Below are positions 38,436 to 52,735 of a DNA stretch of 64,000 bases, piece after piece (position 1 is the stretch's first letter; every line of letters begins with the position of its first letter). Under the pieces are notes generated by a model that made no database searches, was not told the DNA's origin, and worked only from the letters and a program-made list of their open reading frames with translations. This DNA is from Paramecium tetraurelia (Eukaryota): assembly GCA_000165425.1 (NCBI GenBank), contig CT867998.1, forward strand, positions 186,001 to 250,000, read 5' to 3'. A program made the position numbers and the translations under genes.

Positions 38436-41400
38436 TCATTCTCCTTATAGATAGAATACCCATTGTGGTAAATCTCCGCAGGAAATTATTAATCTTCCAT
38501 TGTTGCTTGTATTTGGTACTGCTTTGTAGGTGATGTTTATGCTCAATACTTTTTTACCCTAAAAACTCAATTAGATTTCTTACATCAACTTTGATAGGGG
38601 ACTTGACTGAAGAAGTAAATGCAGGATTGTCAATTCTCAAAGTGAACTCTTAAGCTTCAAAGAAGGGATTCTTAAATTCAATAGCAGGTGGTTTGGCACC
38701 CGATAATTTGTATGGACCTTTTGGTTAGGGAGTGATTCCTTATCCAATCAGCAGACATTGATATTCTTTGAAAATTAAATGATTTGTTTACCTCCACCAT
38801 CAGGCGATTGCAGCAACTAAGATACCTCTGCTTTCATTAGAGACTAGCTGGGTTCATACTTCACACTGATCTGACATTCAACCCCATCAAATGATTCAGA
38901 TTAAGGTGCTTAAAATTGAACTTATTCGCAAATGAAGTCTGTAGTCTAGGCTGGAGCACCTTTAGCCTTTGGGTCTATGTTCACAGGAAGTGGTTTTCCA
39001 TTCGGACCCAATTTGGTGGCATAGCATGTGTACACAGTCGGCTTCTTTGTGAAATTCATAAACTTGAATGGCAAGACCATTTCAGTGCCCAAAGATGCTT
39101 TGAAATAGAGTGATCTTGAAACATTCTACTGTAATCCTTATAATTTCAGAGGATAGACAAACTCTCCCAATTGAACTGATTTTATTGTGATCTTGGATTG
39201 AATGTCTTGCACCACCAAAGGTCTGTAGGCTATTTCAAGACCGAATTCAGATTTAGGTGGGATTACGAATTATTAAGGATTGAATGAGATACTGTCGGCT
39301 TCAGCTATAAGTTGGTCTTTCTTAAATTCAACAGGCTAATTGATTGGATTCTCGATGGTAATCAACTTTGTTGCCACTTCCCTAACTATGGAGGTCAATT
39401 CAATTCTTGGTAATTGATCTGGTGGTTGAATTGTTAGATTCTAATTGATATGAATTAATAATAATTACAATTTTAAAGAACACAAATTCTTAGGTGATCG
39501 CATTTCTGAAATAGACTGTAACCTTATTTTAAGATTGTTTAAGTCCATATATGGTGAGTTTGTACTCCTTAGTTCCTTCACTAGATACTTCGAAAGTGTT
39601 GGCTCCATTTAGAATAATAGAAGGATCTTCAGGCTCTAATGTCCAGGTAACTTCGAATCTTTGACTTGTCTTCAACCAGTTTTTCACTTGCAACACTTGG
39701 GTTGTGTTCTTTTTGGCCTTCATGGTTGTATCCACAGTTTATGGTAATGGTGGCAAACTCTTACCAAATAGGTTGTAGAGAAGAGCCTACCCATCAGGTA
39801 ATGGGAAAAAGAGCGAGCCTTCGTGTTGATCCTGTAAGTTTTAGATTTAAGGATTGGATGTCATTGTTAAAGGCTTGTAAACGACTTCGTATTCTGCTTA
39901 TCCATTGGCTGGGACTTCTATGTATTCTTTGCCTTCAAAGTAATCCTTAAATTAAGGCAACAAGGCAGACACTGAGGCTTTGACTTTCCAGGGTTTTGGA
40001 GTTGGATTTTTGACAGTGACCTTTTTAGAAGGGGGTACTCTCACAACAGTCTCAAATTTCACTTCTTGGATTTATTCTTTTGGCTATTCTATGCATTTGC
40101 CTAAGAGGTTCAAGTACAATGGATCTGAATTTTGGATCAAACATTTCACCTTATCAAATCTGATGTCATTATCAATAGCATTCGGATGGAACGTAATCTA
40201 AAATTATAGGTCTTCATGAGCTGGCAATGTTCCTGACAATGGGGTGATGGTGAAGTAGTTCTTACAAAAAGAGGTATCCCATTGGAATTTAGCAGCAACA
40301 TCTCCCAAATTACTCAATTGCACATTCTTTGTAAGTCTTGAATTGATAACGACTCCTCCAAATCCTATGGTATCCTCCATCAACTTCAACTCTATGCCAT
40401 GACAGGCTCCTTACAATGTCAATAGTTTTCTCACTTCATTGTTTTCCACTATCTTAAAGAACAGATCAGTCTTGAAGGAATGCAATCTCTATTGAGGTTT
40501 AAAGGTCAGAGTAATTTCTTTTCTCTCCCTTGGATTGATCACAAACTCCTTCTTAGGTCTTACCTTTATGAAATATTTTTGTTTCAACTCTTTCAACAAG
40601 TCCTACTCGAAGATCAAGGTGACCATCTTTTGTGAATTATTCACCAAAGAAACTACTTCAGTTCCAATCTGTCCAACACCATAAATTCCAAAATCTACAA
40701 ATTAGTATTCTGTCTTCAATAAGTCCAATTTCAAAGGAACTCCTTCTCCTGTAAATCTCACCTCCACCTTTTGCAATCCATTTATGTCAAAGATCACACT
40801 TTCGTCATATTTGACCAACTCTCTAGGCGTGAAAGTTATTGGAATCTACAACACATTCAACTCCTTCGTTTGAATGATTCCCTTCTTGTCCTTATGAGTT
40901 TCTATTTGAATTGGCAAGAGCACCTGACCTGAAGGCAATTGAACGCCAAAGTAGGGTTTCTTCTCATACAAAGCTTCGATTGCCATAGCTTAAACATCTC
41001 TATTCCTCAACTCCAAATGCTTTAGTGATAGGCAATGGTTATCTCAATACAAAGCAGGGACCAAAGTCATATTGTAAAAATGAGAATTCAACTGCTGGCT
41101 TTTTGGCAGATCCAATCAATTGGAAAATTGTAAGTAGGCCCACTTGAAATGCATAATGAAAATTGTTAATTCAATTTCTATGGGTGCTGTTGGTTGATAT
41201 CTGATCTCAATATTAAACCTTTCTCATTCTTCTTCACAGTGCCATTCTCTCGGGTTGATGATCACAATATTGGATAATTGAGCTGATTTCCTAACGCTGA
41301 AATCGAAATTAAAATCTCCCTAATTCTCAACTGTGATCTGTTTGCTGGATTTCTCGTTGATATACAAATCACCCAATTCAACCACTGTATTTTGTTGAGT

Positions 41401-44400
41401 CACAGCCACGCCATTCAAATACACATTGTTGTGTAGAATGTACCCAATTCCCTTAACATTCAAAGTCACTGGTCTCTATCTTCTCTTCACATTGCATAAC
41501 AGATTGTAATTGTACTCTCTTTCGACTTTTGGTGCAAATTATATCTCAATAGGTTAATCTCCAAGTGCCTTAATGGTACCTTAAACTGGAGTTATGGTAA
41601 GAGAGTCTCCGTACTCTGGATTATGGAAAGATTCCCTATCAAATTAGAATGTCAAAGGAACATCCTCTAAATTCTTAAGGATAACAGTTTCTTTATTCTT
41701 CCCTTGTACCAATAAGGGGACCAAAATTGACCCTTACCAACGTTGAAAATGACATTTGGTTCAACCACACTTCCAGTAACTAGGAAATATTAAATAATGT
41801 GTTCCTGTGGAATCTCGAAAACCCAATAACTTTCATGTTGTCCTTATGTGTCAGGTGAATATTCGAAGATGATTTCCGATTTCTTGCCAGACAACACTAC
41901 ACCCTTGATTGTGATACATTTGAAGTAGTTTGCATTCTAATTCTTTTCATCATCAATTCTCTTCCATTCATATTCATAACCAACTGAAGTGGGATTCACA
42001 ACATAAAATCTCTTTGTGTTCTTAACTTTGCATCCCAAACTCTCAAATTCAATCACATTGTATTTGGCTTCCAAATCTGGTTTCTTATCTCTGTAATTGC
42101 TAGGTGGCAATTCAAAATGACAGATTGGTCGTTCTGCTTATCCATCCAATTCAACTATCAACTTCTCCTAATTGGGATCCAAATTGTCTATTGAGATGAC
42201 CAACAACCTCTCATTCGACTCATCAACTTCTGTAGGACTGAACTTAATAGTGAACATCTCATCACTATTGCTAGCAATCTTCCCTTGTTTTGGATACACA
42301 TAGAAGTATCCAGGATCTATGGCACCAGTCTCTGCTGACACTATCTTACAGTTATAATTTATGGCTATCAACGAAGTGTTCTTTAATTTTAATTAATGGA
42401 CTCTAGTGGTGTACATCAAGGTCTCCTTAAAGTAAACACTTCTCTGATCGATTTCATATTTTGCAAAATCAGCAATTGCATTCACCTTCATTGGCATACT
42501 CTTATCACTCTTATCAATCACCTGATATTCTGGTTCAGGCAATGGGTCTGAAATAGGAATGTTGGCTTCCTCTCCAGGCTCAGGTTGAGGAGGTTGAATG
42601 ATCTCTTATTTCACAGCCTTCTTGTCAACCTTCTTGGCTCCCTTTTTGTTGGCAGCCTCTTCAGCCAATCTCCTAGCCTCTTCTTCCTCCCTTCTCTTCA
42701 TCAACCAATTGTATTCGGTCAAAGTGACATACTTTGTGGTTGCCATACTATCATCCCATTCAGATTGAGTCTTCTTATTAATTTGTTTGGTGTCACACTA
42801 TAGGGCAAATGATTTGTGGATTATGCTTCTATTCGATTTAAATATTAATGTGATGGGTTTAGACTCTTTGGTATTCAAATGACCTTGTCTTGGAATGAAT
42901 GAAAAATCTTCACAACCCTATGTATTCCATTAGAATCGAATTGTGTTGGCTCCATTGTTTTTAAGGAAAAACTATATTTTCTTCTCTGTATTAATAATGC
43001 AATCACCAAATTGGACTTCATCATCCAAGTTTTCAAATACAATGTCCTCTTAGAATGCTTCTCCTGTTACTGCCACTTTAGTAACTTCATAGGGATTCAG
43101 TAGAGTTTACATTACAAAATAATGCTACTTAACTCCCACGTCCTTTGGTGTGAATTCAATATTGAAAGTAGAAGTGGTTTTAGGAGTAAGTGTAAATGTG
43201 TTTTGATCTAAAAATCTGAAATGTTCGTTCACTGCTGTCAAATCCCATTTAACAGTGGCTGGAATTTATCCATCATTCTTCAATACGATTGGCAGAGTTA
43301 AAGTCTTGCCCAATCGAACTCTGCCAAATTTAACAACAGGCGTTCTCTCATCCAACCAATCCTTGGGTCTCTCCAATTTCAGTGTGGGTAAGGCTCCTTC
43401 TCCTCTTAGATCAAACAATAATTTATGAGTCTTGGCACTTTGTTCACCATTCTCAACGATGGCCTCAAAAATACCATAATATTGAGCCATTATTGTAGGT
43501 TTGAAAGCAACCTTAATATAGACACTTTCATGAGGTGCTATCTTGACCTATTTTGGGAGAACTTCAAATGCAAAGTTATCGTTTGGATAATTCTGCCTTC
43601 TTCTCGCATCTAATTTAACACTGCATGGAATCTTGTTGGGATTTGTGAGTTTGAACCTTTCCACTACTCCATCGGACACTTTAGACGGCACCAAAGTACC
43701 AAAACTGAATACCTTTTCCTCAATGAAGAAGACATTGGAATTAATCAAATTTGATAGATTATTCACTTGGGATTGCAATACGACTTGCTCTTCAAAAATA
43801 GATTCATAACTAGTTGTACTAATACCTGGAATGCAACTTTCACTCAGTACTTCATATTCAATTCCATTCGGTTAATCTTCTGGATTACGATTAATGATAT
43901 CGATTGCCAATCTTTGTTCATAGTTCTTCTATCCCTATCCTGCAAATGTGATTTCCACTGTACAAGAAGAGTCTGGGGCTATTGTGCCAATACTAGGCAT
44001 GATTGTCCATTGCCCAATTTTCAATTACCCAGGAGGTGGATCATTCTTTCCTGGCTTAGCCTATTTCTTCTCTTGCTTTTTATCATCTTTCTTTGGTCCC
44101 TTCTTAGGATCCACAGGTGCCAAGGAAGATGGCATAGCCTTCATCAATTCCTTCTTTTCCTAGGCTTCCTTAGTCTATTGGTCCAACAATTGCTTTCTGA
44201 ATTCTTCATTTGCATAATCAAATATTGTGAAATTGAATTCGAATTACCCTTCATTCTTGATCTCCAAGTGTCTTACTTTCGATTCATTGAATTGAATCGG
44301 TCCAAAATTGATATTTTTTAATGGATTAATTGAATACTTCGAATAAACACTATTGAATTGCACATTGATAGGAACAGGCTTATAGATTTCTTGTGTTTTC

Positions 44401-47400
44401 CCTTCCAAGATCTCCAAATATAGATCAGTTGTATCATTTGTGGTCTTCATCTTAATCTCTTTGACTCCACAAAACCTTATCAAAATATCCTTCTATTAAC
44501 CAGGATTCAGATCGGTTTCCATCGGTTCCAATTAAAATAATTGAGGGAAGAGCTTCTTTTTAATTAGACACTTAATTTTCACCAAATACTATCCGATGTT
44601 CTTGACTTACAATATTTGATCTTTGAAATCACCCACTTTGACACTACCAAAGTCTAAAATATTCTCTGGTGTTGGATACTTAATATCAACTTAAATTTAA
44701 AATGCTTCAGCATCCACATTAATAATCTTAGGATCCTACTTGATGTTCATGTTCTCCACATCTTCAACTTCAAGAGTTATCTTCAAATTTAACTTTCTCT
44801 CCTTGATTGCTCTGAATCTAATTTCAATCTTAGCTTCCATTGTAGGAGCCAATTCACCTGAAGTGTTGATCACTTAGAACTCCTCTTCCAATTGCTCTAT
44901 TCCTGTTAATTTCCACTTTGCATTAATCATGCCAGTATTCTTTATAGTGACTGTCCTGGAATCAGATTAAGAAATTAACAATCTTTCAAATTTTACGTCA
45001 GGATTAATTAAATCAATAGTAGGTCTACATCCTATGCATACCAAAGGAATGATGAGAGGCAAAGGATTATCTTTGATCTAGACAATCAAATCATCTCTGA
45101 ATTTCTAAGGTTTATCTGGGAATGCCCACACTCTTAGCTCCAATGGAACACTGTTCATTTGGATTTTGGAATTGTCTAAATCCAAAGTGAATACTCCTTT
45201 TTGAATCTCTTTATTCTCTTGGATGCTTGATAATAGGGAGAATTGCAATTCAGTATCAAATTTACCAGAATTAGACAATCTAAATGTTGTGCTATTGATT
45301 GCTCGATTGGCTACCTTATCAGACTTTCCAATGAGCAATGGTCCGAAATCAAAACTTTGTTCATTCTATACATAAACCTTGCTTAAGTATGAATCAGGTG
45401 CAAGAGCTGGTCTTGCTTTCTTAACAGTCCAAAACAGTTATTTTGGTAATCCACTCAAAGATGGGTAATCAGCAACTCCTTTGACTTCAGCAGCTGATTT
45501 CTTGATGGAAAAGAAATTATCAAAGTTGAGTCTGCCTTCAAATGAACCAGTATGCTTAGTAAAGAATTAGATGACTAAAATCAATGTTCTACCTGCTGGG
45601 ATGTTCCATCTGTATTGTTTTTAAGTTAAATCTTCAAGTTTATAATTATACTTCTGATCATTTCCTTAAGATGAATCTGGATTCTTTTGCTATTGCGATC
45701 TCTTGCTTACATTTGCAATCGATCTCGAAGTAACATTAGCTCTTGCTTTGACTGACGGAGTGACTGGTTTATTCAATTAATCAGGATGCTAGAGTTGTTC
45801 CCGACTTGGTGAATTGATATCCTCAAGATGTTTATTTTATTCCTCCTAGAGATTGATCTTGTCATCATCAACATGATCTGTCTTTTATTAAGATTGCATT
45901 TTGAAATCCTTCACATACATATCTTTTGGTGTGAGGATGTTAAAGTATTTCAGAGTCTAAGTAAGAGTTGCATTTGATTGATGTATTGATGACTCCTTTG
46001 TGTCTGTCTTCTTTCTGCCTGTTTATATAGATTAGTTAAGATTGTCTTTCTTCTTCATCACAATCTAATGATAAATTGGATCAGGAATTGGCAACGAATT
46101 TGGATTTGGATATATAGGTGCTGCTATTACCTGTAATCCTGTTTAGCATAACTATGGTAAATTGTAATGGAAAGGAACTTCGTTTAATGATCTTTCTCCT
46201 TTTTGAAGATATGTGTAATCTATGATCTCTACCTTTGGTTCTTCTGGCTCAGGTGGCTTATCGCCCTTCTTTGCTGGCTTTTATGGTTTCTCTTCCTTCT
46301 TTCCTTCATCGAACACTGGATCATGAATTTTAGTAGCTATTTCTATTTTCTCATGATATTTATTCTCAATCAAAGCTTTCACTTTTGTTATTAAGTCATT
46401 GAAATTCTATTTCTGTATTTCATCTTAAAAACTAGCAGGGTAAAACACATCATAGTAACTTTATTCCACTAGATTTCCTGCTGATTTTGGTTATGACTTT
46501 GGTCTTGATTTCTATCTTGATTATTATTGTTGTTATAATTGTAATTATGAAACCAAAGGCTTTTCTTGCTTCTTAGTTACACTCTAAGATTACTCCTTTC
46601 CTCTCTTAGTCAGAGTTTTATTATTCTTGTCCTTAGACGTGGGAATAGGTTCCACTATTTCTTCTTTCTTAGGTTTGTCTTCTTCAGCCAATTTCTCCAT
46701 TCCTGGCCATTCAATCAATTTCTAGATTTCAAAACCATATTGATCATATTATTCCTTCAATACTACCACTTATAAATGAGAGTCAATCTCCATGATGCAT
46801 TTCATCAAATATAATTCATTTGGCCAATATTTGGATTACAAATTATCAAAAATAGCACCTGCACCGCAATCCTCATGAGCCAATCTTGCTTTCAACAATT
46901 TTACGATAATCTCTTCACTCAAGTATTCATATAAATGCAATGGAATTGGTCCCCACTTGTCTTCAAGATCCTTTGATTTCTTTCCTGCTTTCTTTAGTAA
47001 TTTCTCTCTCTCTTATTATACAAATTGAATTTCGTTTTATCTCTATTATAAATATTGCTCTAGTTGTTGATATGCTTAGGTCTAATTCTCTTGATTCCAT
47101 TGAACTAACTCATTCATATTAATCACTTTTCTTCTGTGAGTCTACTCCAAATAATTGGCTAAATGAGTCTTTCCACACCTAGGAGGCCCCATGATAACAA
47201 TATTTTTCAAGACATCTTCACTGACCTTCTTTGGATACTCGACTTTAATCATAGTTTCCTGTATTACAATATCATCTAACTCTTTTTACAATTATTCTTT
47301 ATTTTCAACATTAGGATCTTACAATTTATTCAAGATTTGATCTTTTCTCTTACTTCTAGTAAATGCCTTCTAAAAATCTAACCATATTGGTTGTCCTGGT

Positions 47401-50400
47401 GACCTCACAGGCATCAATATAAAATCTGTGTGTTCCAATTATGGATAACTATTTACAATTTCATCATCCTGAAGATATTGGGTATCAAAATCTAACGAGA
47501 ATAATTCAGTGTCAAATTCAGTAGGATTCTTGATTTCCAATACAGAATGTGCAAACTTATCATAGGGTAAGATTGGCCCAATGTTTATCAATTGAGGATT
47601 GAATTATAAATTGATGCTTGTTCCAGTTCCCTTAAGATTCAATATATAAGGTGTTGCATTCTCCTTGATGTTGAGAGTGAACTTTTAGGAATAGTTTCTT
47701 TCAACCAATGGAGTGAAATGTGCCTCCACTAGTTATTTATCACCTGGTTTAATTATGCCACTATTAGGCACTAAGACAAATCTAGGTTCCTCTTTCTTAT
47801 CAGCTGTCAATTCTTATCTAGTGGATTGAGACCATTCACAATCGATCTCTTTATCATTGACAAATCTTAAGAAGATGATCTTCTTTTACCCAATCAGAAC
47901 TTTACCAAAATCAATTTATCCATCAGCTGAATTCTCAATTACAATTTAAGGAATAGTGATGTTGGCCACTAATTCAAGATGGAACTTTGGACCCTTCTTC
48001 AATTCAATTGGCACTACAGTCTTAGTTGGTCCAAAACCCATGTTCTTTTTCGTCTAATATTGAATGTTCAAAGTGATATTTGCACCACTTGGTAAATTCA
48101 AAACTCTTTCTGGTACAATATTTGTATCCCTAAGGTTTAAAGTACTTGCCATCTAAAACAAACTCAACTGGCAAAGTGCCTGGATTGTTGATGGTTATTG
48201 TTTTTTGTCTTATTGAATTAAGCACCACATTGCCAAAATCACAAATGTAAGTAGCCAAAATCACATTATCATAGAATTTCTCTTTTTGATCTCTTGAGTG
48301 AGTCCTCTCATCCTACTTATCCAAAACAGTCCTCTTTATCTATTCACAAAACACAAATCTATCAATGTCCCTCTCGACTTCCAACTATACTTATTCCAAA
48401 GTCTTAACTTAAACCTTCTGATTCTATGTCTTGGCTATGAGTTAAGCCCTCTTAGTCTGAGTCTCCAAATCAGCCTTCTTCTTAGCAATTTCAACATCAA
48501 ACTTCTACTAAAATAAGGGATTTTCAGATCTTGGCAGTTACACCACCATTGAAGGATAGACACCTCTTCCAATTATAGTAATGGGTTGGAAAAAGCTCAT
48601 AATATCCTATCTACACCAATATAATTTCCTTGAACTCTGCAGGTATTACTGGTGACACTCTTACTGTGATTCTGAGTTTTTCACCTCCTGCAATCTTTCC
48701 ATTTTATGGTTGTACATCAACGAATCCCTTCTTCTTTATGTGTCTCAAGTCAATCTTAAATTCAAAAGTAACCTTTCCTGTGTTCTCAATTGTAAATTCT
48801 CTAGAAACCCATTCACAAAATCTCACATCTCCTAATTCAATCAAAGTAGTGCTCATTTTAGATGATAATAAACTACTATCTCCCACCAAAGTCACCTCGT
48901 ACTCAGGACCACCATCAACATGACAGACAGCAGTGGTTTTAAATCTTTGTCCTCCAATTGCATTATACACAAATTCTACTTGTTCTTCTGACCCAGGTTC
49001 CATGTAACCACTTAATGGTAAGATATCAAAGATTTCATTAATTGGAATATTTGGCTATTGCCCTTGAAGAGACAACTCTTCACTTACGAAAGTCCATTCA
49101 TAATTCAGTGCCATTTCACTTTGATTCTTCATTGTCATAACCATCTTCTTTGTTGTGTCATATAAAATTGATCCAAAATTAATAAGATTTGTTTCCATGA
49201 TTAAATTTGGAAAGTGGACCTACCCAATCAAATCAATCAGATCCTTATGAGGGTGTTCATAATGAGACAGTTGTAGTTTGCCTTCTAAATCACCAGATTT
49301 ACGATCAGATTTAAAAGCAGGATCAAAATCAATTCTAACTACTGCACTCTTACCTGGATTCAATTACAACTTATCCTAATTCACAGTGAAGGGTTATTGA
49401 CACTTTAAATCAAAGTTTACAGGTAGGGGACAAGCACAAGTGATTTCGAGATTCTTCGAAATAGGCATAAATGGAACATTCTTCTCCCATGAATACTTAA
49501 AGAAAAGTTTCCTCTCTGAGAATTACAAAGTTGGTTGGATGAAATCACCTTCAATTGTTGTGGCAAATAGTAGATTTGCTTTTCTTTCAGTGCCTATTGT
49601 AGAATTTAACATAAAAATCTCTGAAATCTTTCCCTTCTTCTATGAGTACCCTCTGAATTAGAACATGATTCCATGCTTAGGAGGTAAAACTATTGTATCA
49701 GGAGCAATTGAGAACACTGATTCTTCTTCTGGGGGAGGAGGAGCCTTGTTATTCTTCTAATCTTATTCTTCCTTCTTCTATTGTGGTTTCTTTTGAGTCC
49801 ATTGTAATTTTTATTGTTTCCTGCCTTTATTCTCAACAAAGATCTCCTTAGTCACTTTTCTGTGAGTATAATTAACTCCCATATTCACAGATGATAAATC
49901 ATCCTTACAGAATATTGTTGATCCAACTCCCTTAGCTTTCAATTAGACTTCTACGTCATCACCTTCCTTGATAACAAAATGAAGGACATCAGTAACCTTC
50001 ACAGCATCATCAGCACTACAAAGCACTTCAATTTCACAACTCTCCTTTGGTTTTATAATTCCATGTTTTTGGATGGGTTTAAATATTGAGACTTTGTTCT
50101 TTGTGAAGGCATGGAAGTCAGCCTCAATATCACTATCATTGGTCAATGTTAATTTTAGGGAATAATCCTTTAAGACTTCAACATTTCCGAAATCCAATTC
50201 TGTCTTTGATGTTTTCACCTTTGGTCCTTCTGAAAATGCTACAATTGTTATCACGTGAGGCTATCCATTATTGGTACCAACTATATTTATTTACAATGGC
50301 AGTGTAATGTCATATAATTTCTTAGTAGTCAATGTCACTTCCAATGACATAGTTGAATTACCATTGATCTTACCACTGGATGGCTCCACTGTATAATCTG

Positions 50401-52700
50401 CTAATACTTTATACTCATCATTCTGAGATAAAACAACAAATTTGGCTGGTAATTCAGATGTATTAATTAAATCCACTCTTGATTTGCATGGATTCCTTAA
50501 GAATACTTTTTAATCATCTCCTTTGTTGAAATTCAGTCTATCACTTGGTCTCAATTCCACTCTTGGAGCTTAACAGTCAGCTGTAATTGGTATCGATAAC
50601 ATATCTTAACCAACACCTTCAATGTCTACAACCATGACTTATTCATAAGTCTTAATTTATTTTGGAATGAAGGTCACTTTAATTACATCGAAATTTTTAG
50701 GCTAGATGGTATTTCTTCTGGGTTCAATTTCAAATTCCCTCTCAGCTAATTTCCCATCTCCAGGGATCTTAAGTTCATATGTAAATGCAACTGTAGATGT
50801 GTTAGTCATTCTTATACTCTTAGTTTATTCGAATGAATAACTGACAGTACCGAATTGAATTTTCTCATCTTAGAAATTGAATGTAGGAGCAATCACATGT
50901 CCAATAAATAGTATAGTTAATTAATCTGTAGATCCTTCTAATTTCCATCTGAAAGTCTCTTTGAATTCACCTGGTATGCTGGATTTGAACGTAATTGTGA
51001 ATGGCATTCTTTGACCAACTGCTAATACACCTCTCTCAACATCAAATTTGAACATCTTACCAAATGCTCTTTCATTTGGCATCAACTCGAATTTACATTC
51101 TATTTCGCCTCTGTTTTCTATGACAACCTCAGTCTTATGAATTTCATTCACAAACACATCTCCTAAATTCACTTCATAAACACTTAAGAATGCCCTTGGT
51201 CCCATGCCTTGTCCATACAAATTCAATGGCAGTCTTTCCTCTGAACATGAGATGTTGCAATAGGCCACAGTCTAATAGAGAAATGCACTTCTAGGCACAA
51301 AGGTTACTGTAACTGTCATCTCTGAATTCGGCCAAATCTGACCTTATGTGGGTTCAATTGTGAATATATCATCAATGAATAGAAGTAGATCATCCTCAAT
51401 AGCCTTACGAATGTTTCGATATTTCCTTGCCAATTGCAATTCAGCCTTCTTCTGTCTCTTCAAAATAATAGCTTTTTCATCTCTCTCTTCCTCCTCACTG
51501 TCTTCATCTTCTTCCAATTCCAATTCCTCATGTACTCCTTCATTTGACACTAACTCTTTGATAAGCATTCTCTCCTCAGCCTCTTCTTCTTCCAATTGGT
51601 TTCTCAATCTGTTCTTCTTCTCCTATTCCTCCTTTTCTGTCGCAAAGGCTCTCCATTCAAAATCTACTTTCACATTCGATTTGTTAATAATCTATAATGT
51701 CTGTTGTAATTGGAGACCAATAAAGGCCTCAGTCATATTGATCTGACTTTTGGAGAGGTAAACGTTTCCATTATGAGCCACTCCAATGATGGGCACATAG
51801 GCTTCCATATTATCGTACTATAAAATAGCCTTGTTCTTGTAGGACCTAGCTTCTGTTGGAAAGAATCTGTACTTATAATATGGATGATTACTTGATGACA
51901 ATTTGCTCATTCTTGCCGTATTCCAAGACTCCTTCCCTCTTGTCGGCATCAAACCCCAAGGGTAGTTTCAAGAACCATTTGGTGGTCTTCTCTCCTAAAT
52001 TTCTAATGATAACTGGTTTTTCGGTGGTGTATTTGACAGGACAATTACCAAAGTCAAGAGAATCGGGAAAGTCTACGGGATCTGAATAATGACATACCTA
52101 TCATGGCTCTTTTGCCAACAGCGACTATTGGTACAACAAATTTCTCTCTTTCTGTCTCAACAATAACATCGTAATTATAATCTGATTTGGACTCAGGAGA
52201 AAAACGAATAATGAAGTTGGTTTCCATGCCTGGTGCTACCTAGAGGATGATAATGATAAAATAAATGCCTTGGTTCCTGTTCCTGCATCTTTTCCATTAG
52301 TACCTTGAGGCACAACTTAAAATAGACGAGAGTCTGGCTTGTATATTTTAACTCTTCTTGCTACCCGATCTTTGTTACGCAATTTGAAAATCTTCTCCTT
52401 AATTTGCAATGGCTTGTGTACTTTCAAAGAGGAATTTGTACCTCATAGTCTGTGAATTGTATTATTGGTGGAATCGGATCAAAGAGCGGTTCGTCGATTG
52501 GGACACTACTCACTGGTTGAGAGGAGAAGTCAGCCAGATTCTAGAATTCAATGATTTTGATTTTGGGATGTGCATCTTCAAAAATCTATCCTGATAATTG
52601 CTTCTAAATCAATTAGGATGGAGTCTAGGTTATGAGAGAGGAATACAAATTCTTAAGTTTTAGCTTGTCTATTTGTCTAGGTAAGCTTCTTCTGCATCAT
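38436..52700 (-). CDS. HYDIN: Hydin, axonemal central-pair protein (~4600 aa), several frame breaks as given
   Basis: KVAPGMETNFIIRFSPE, TEREKFVVPI, DFPDSLDFGNCPVKY, many ASH/Ig-like repeats (xDFG..N.G....F), adenylate-kinase-like GPPRCGKT, EGSLFFPLPDG, ends YYLQGE*. Confidence 0.95.
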
Positions 52701-52735
52701 CAGTTATTTAATTTAATAAAATATTTTTGCTTGTA

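Noticed and set aside
43767..44321. 184-aa plus-strand ORF (also 3429-3794 and 51348-51746)
   Set aside because: Antisense shadow of a well-supported minus-strand gene; no recognisable motifs
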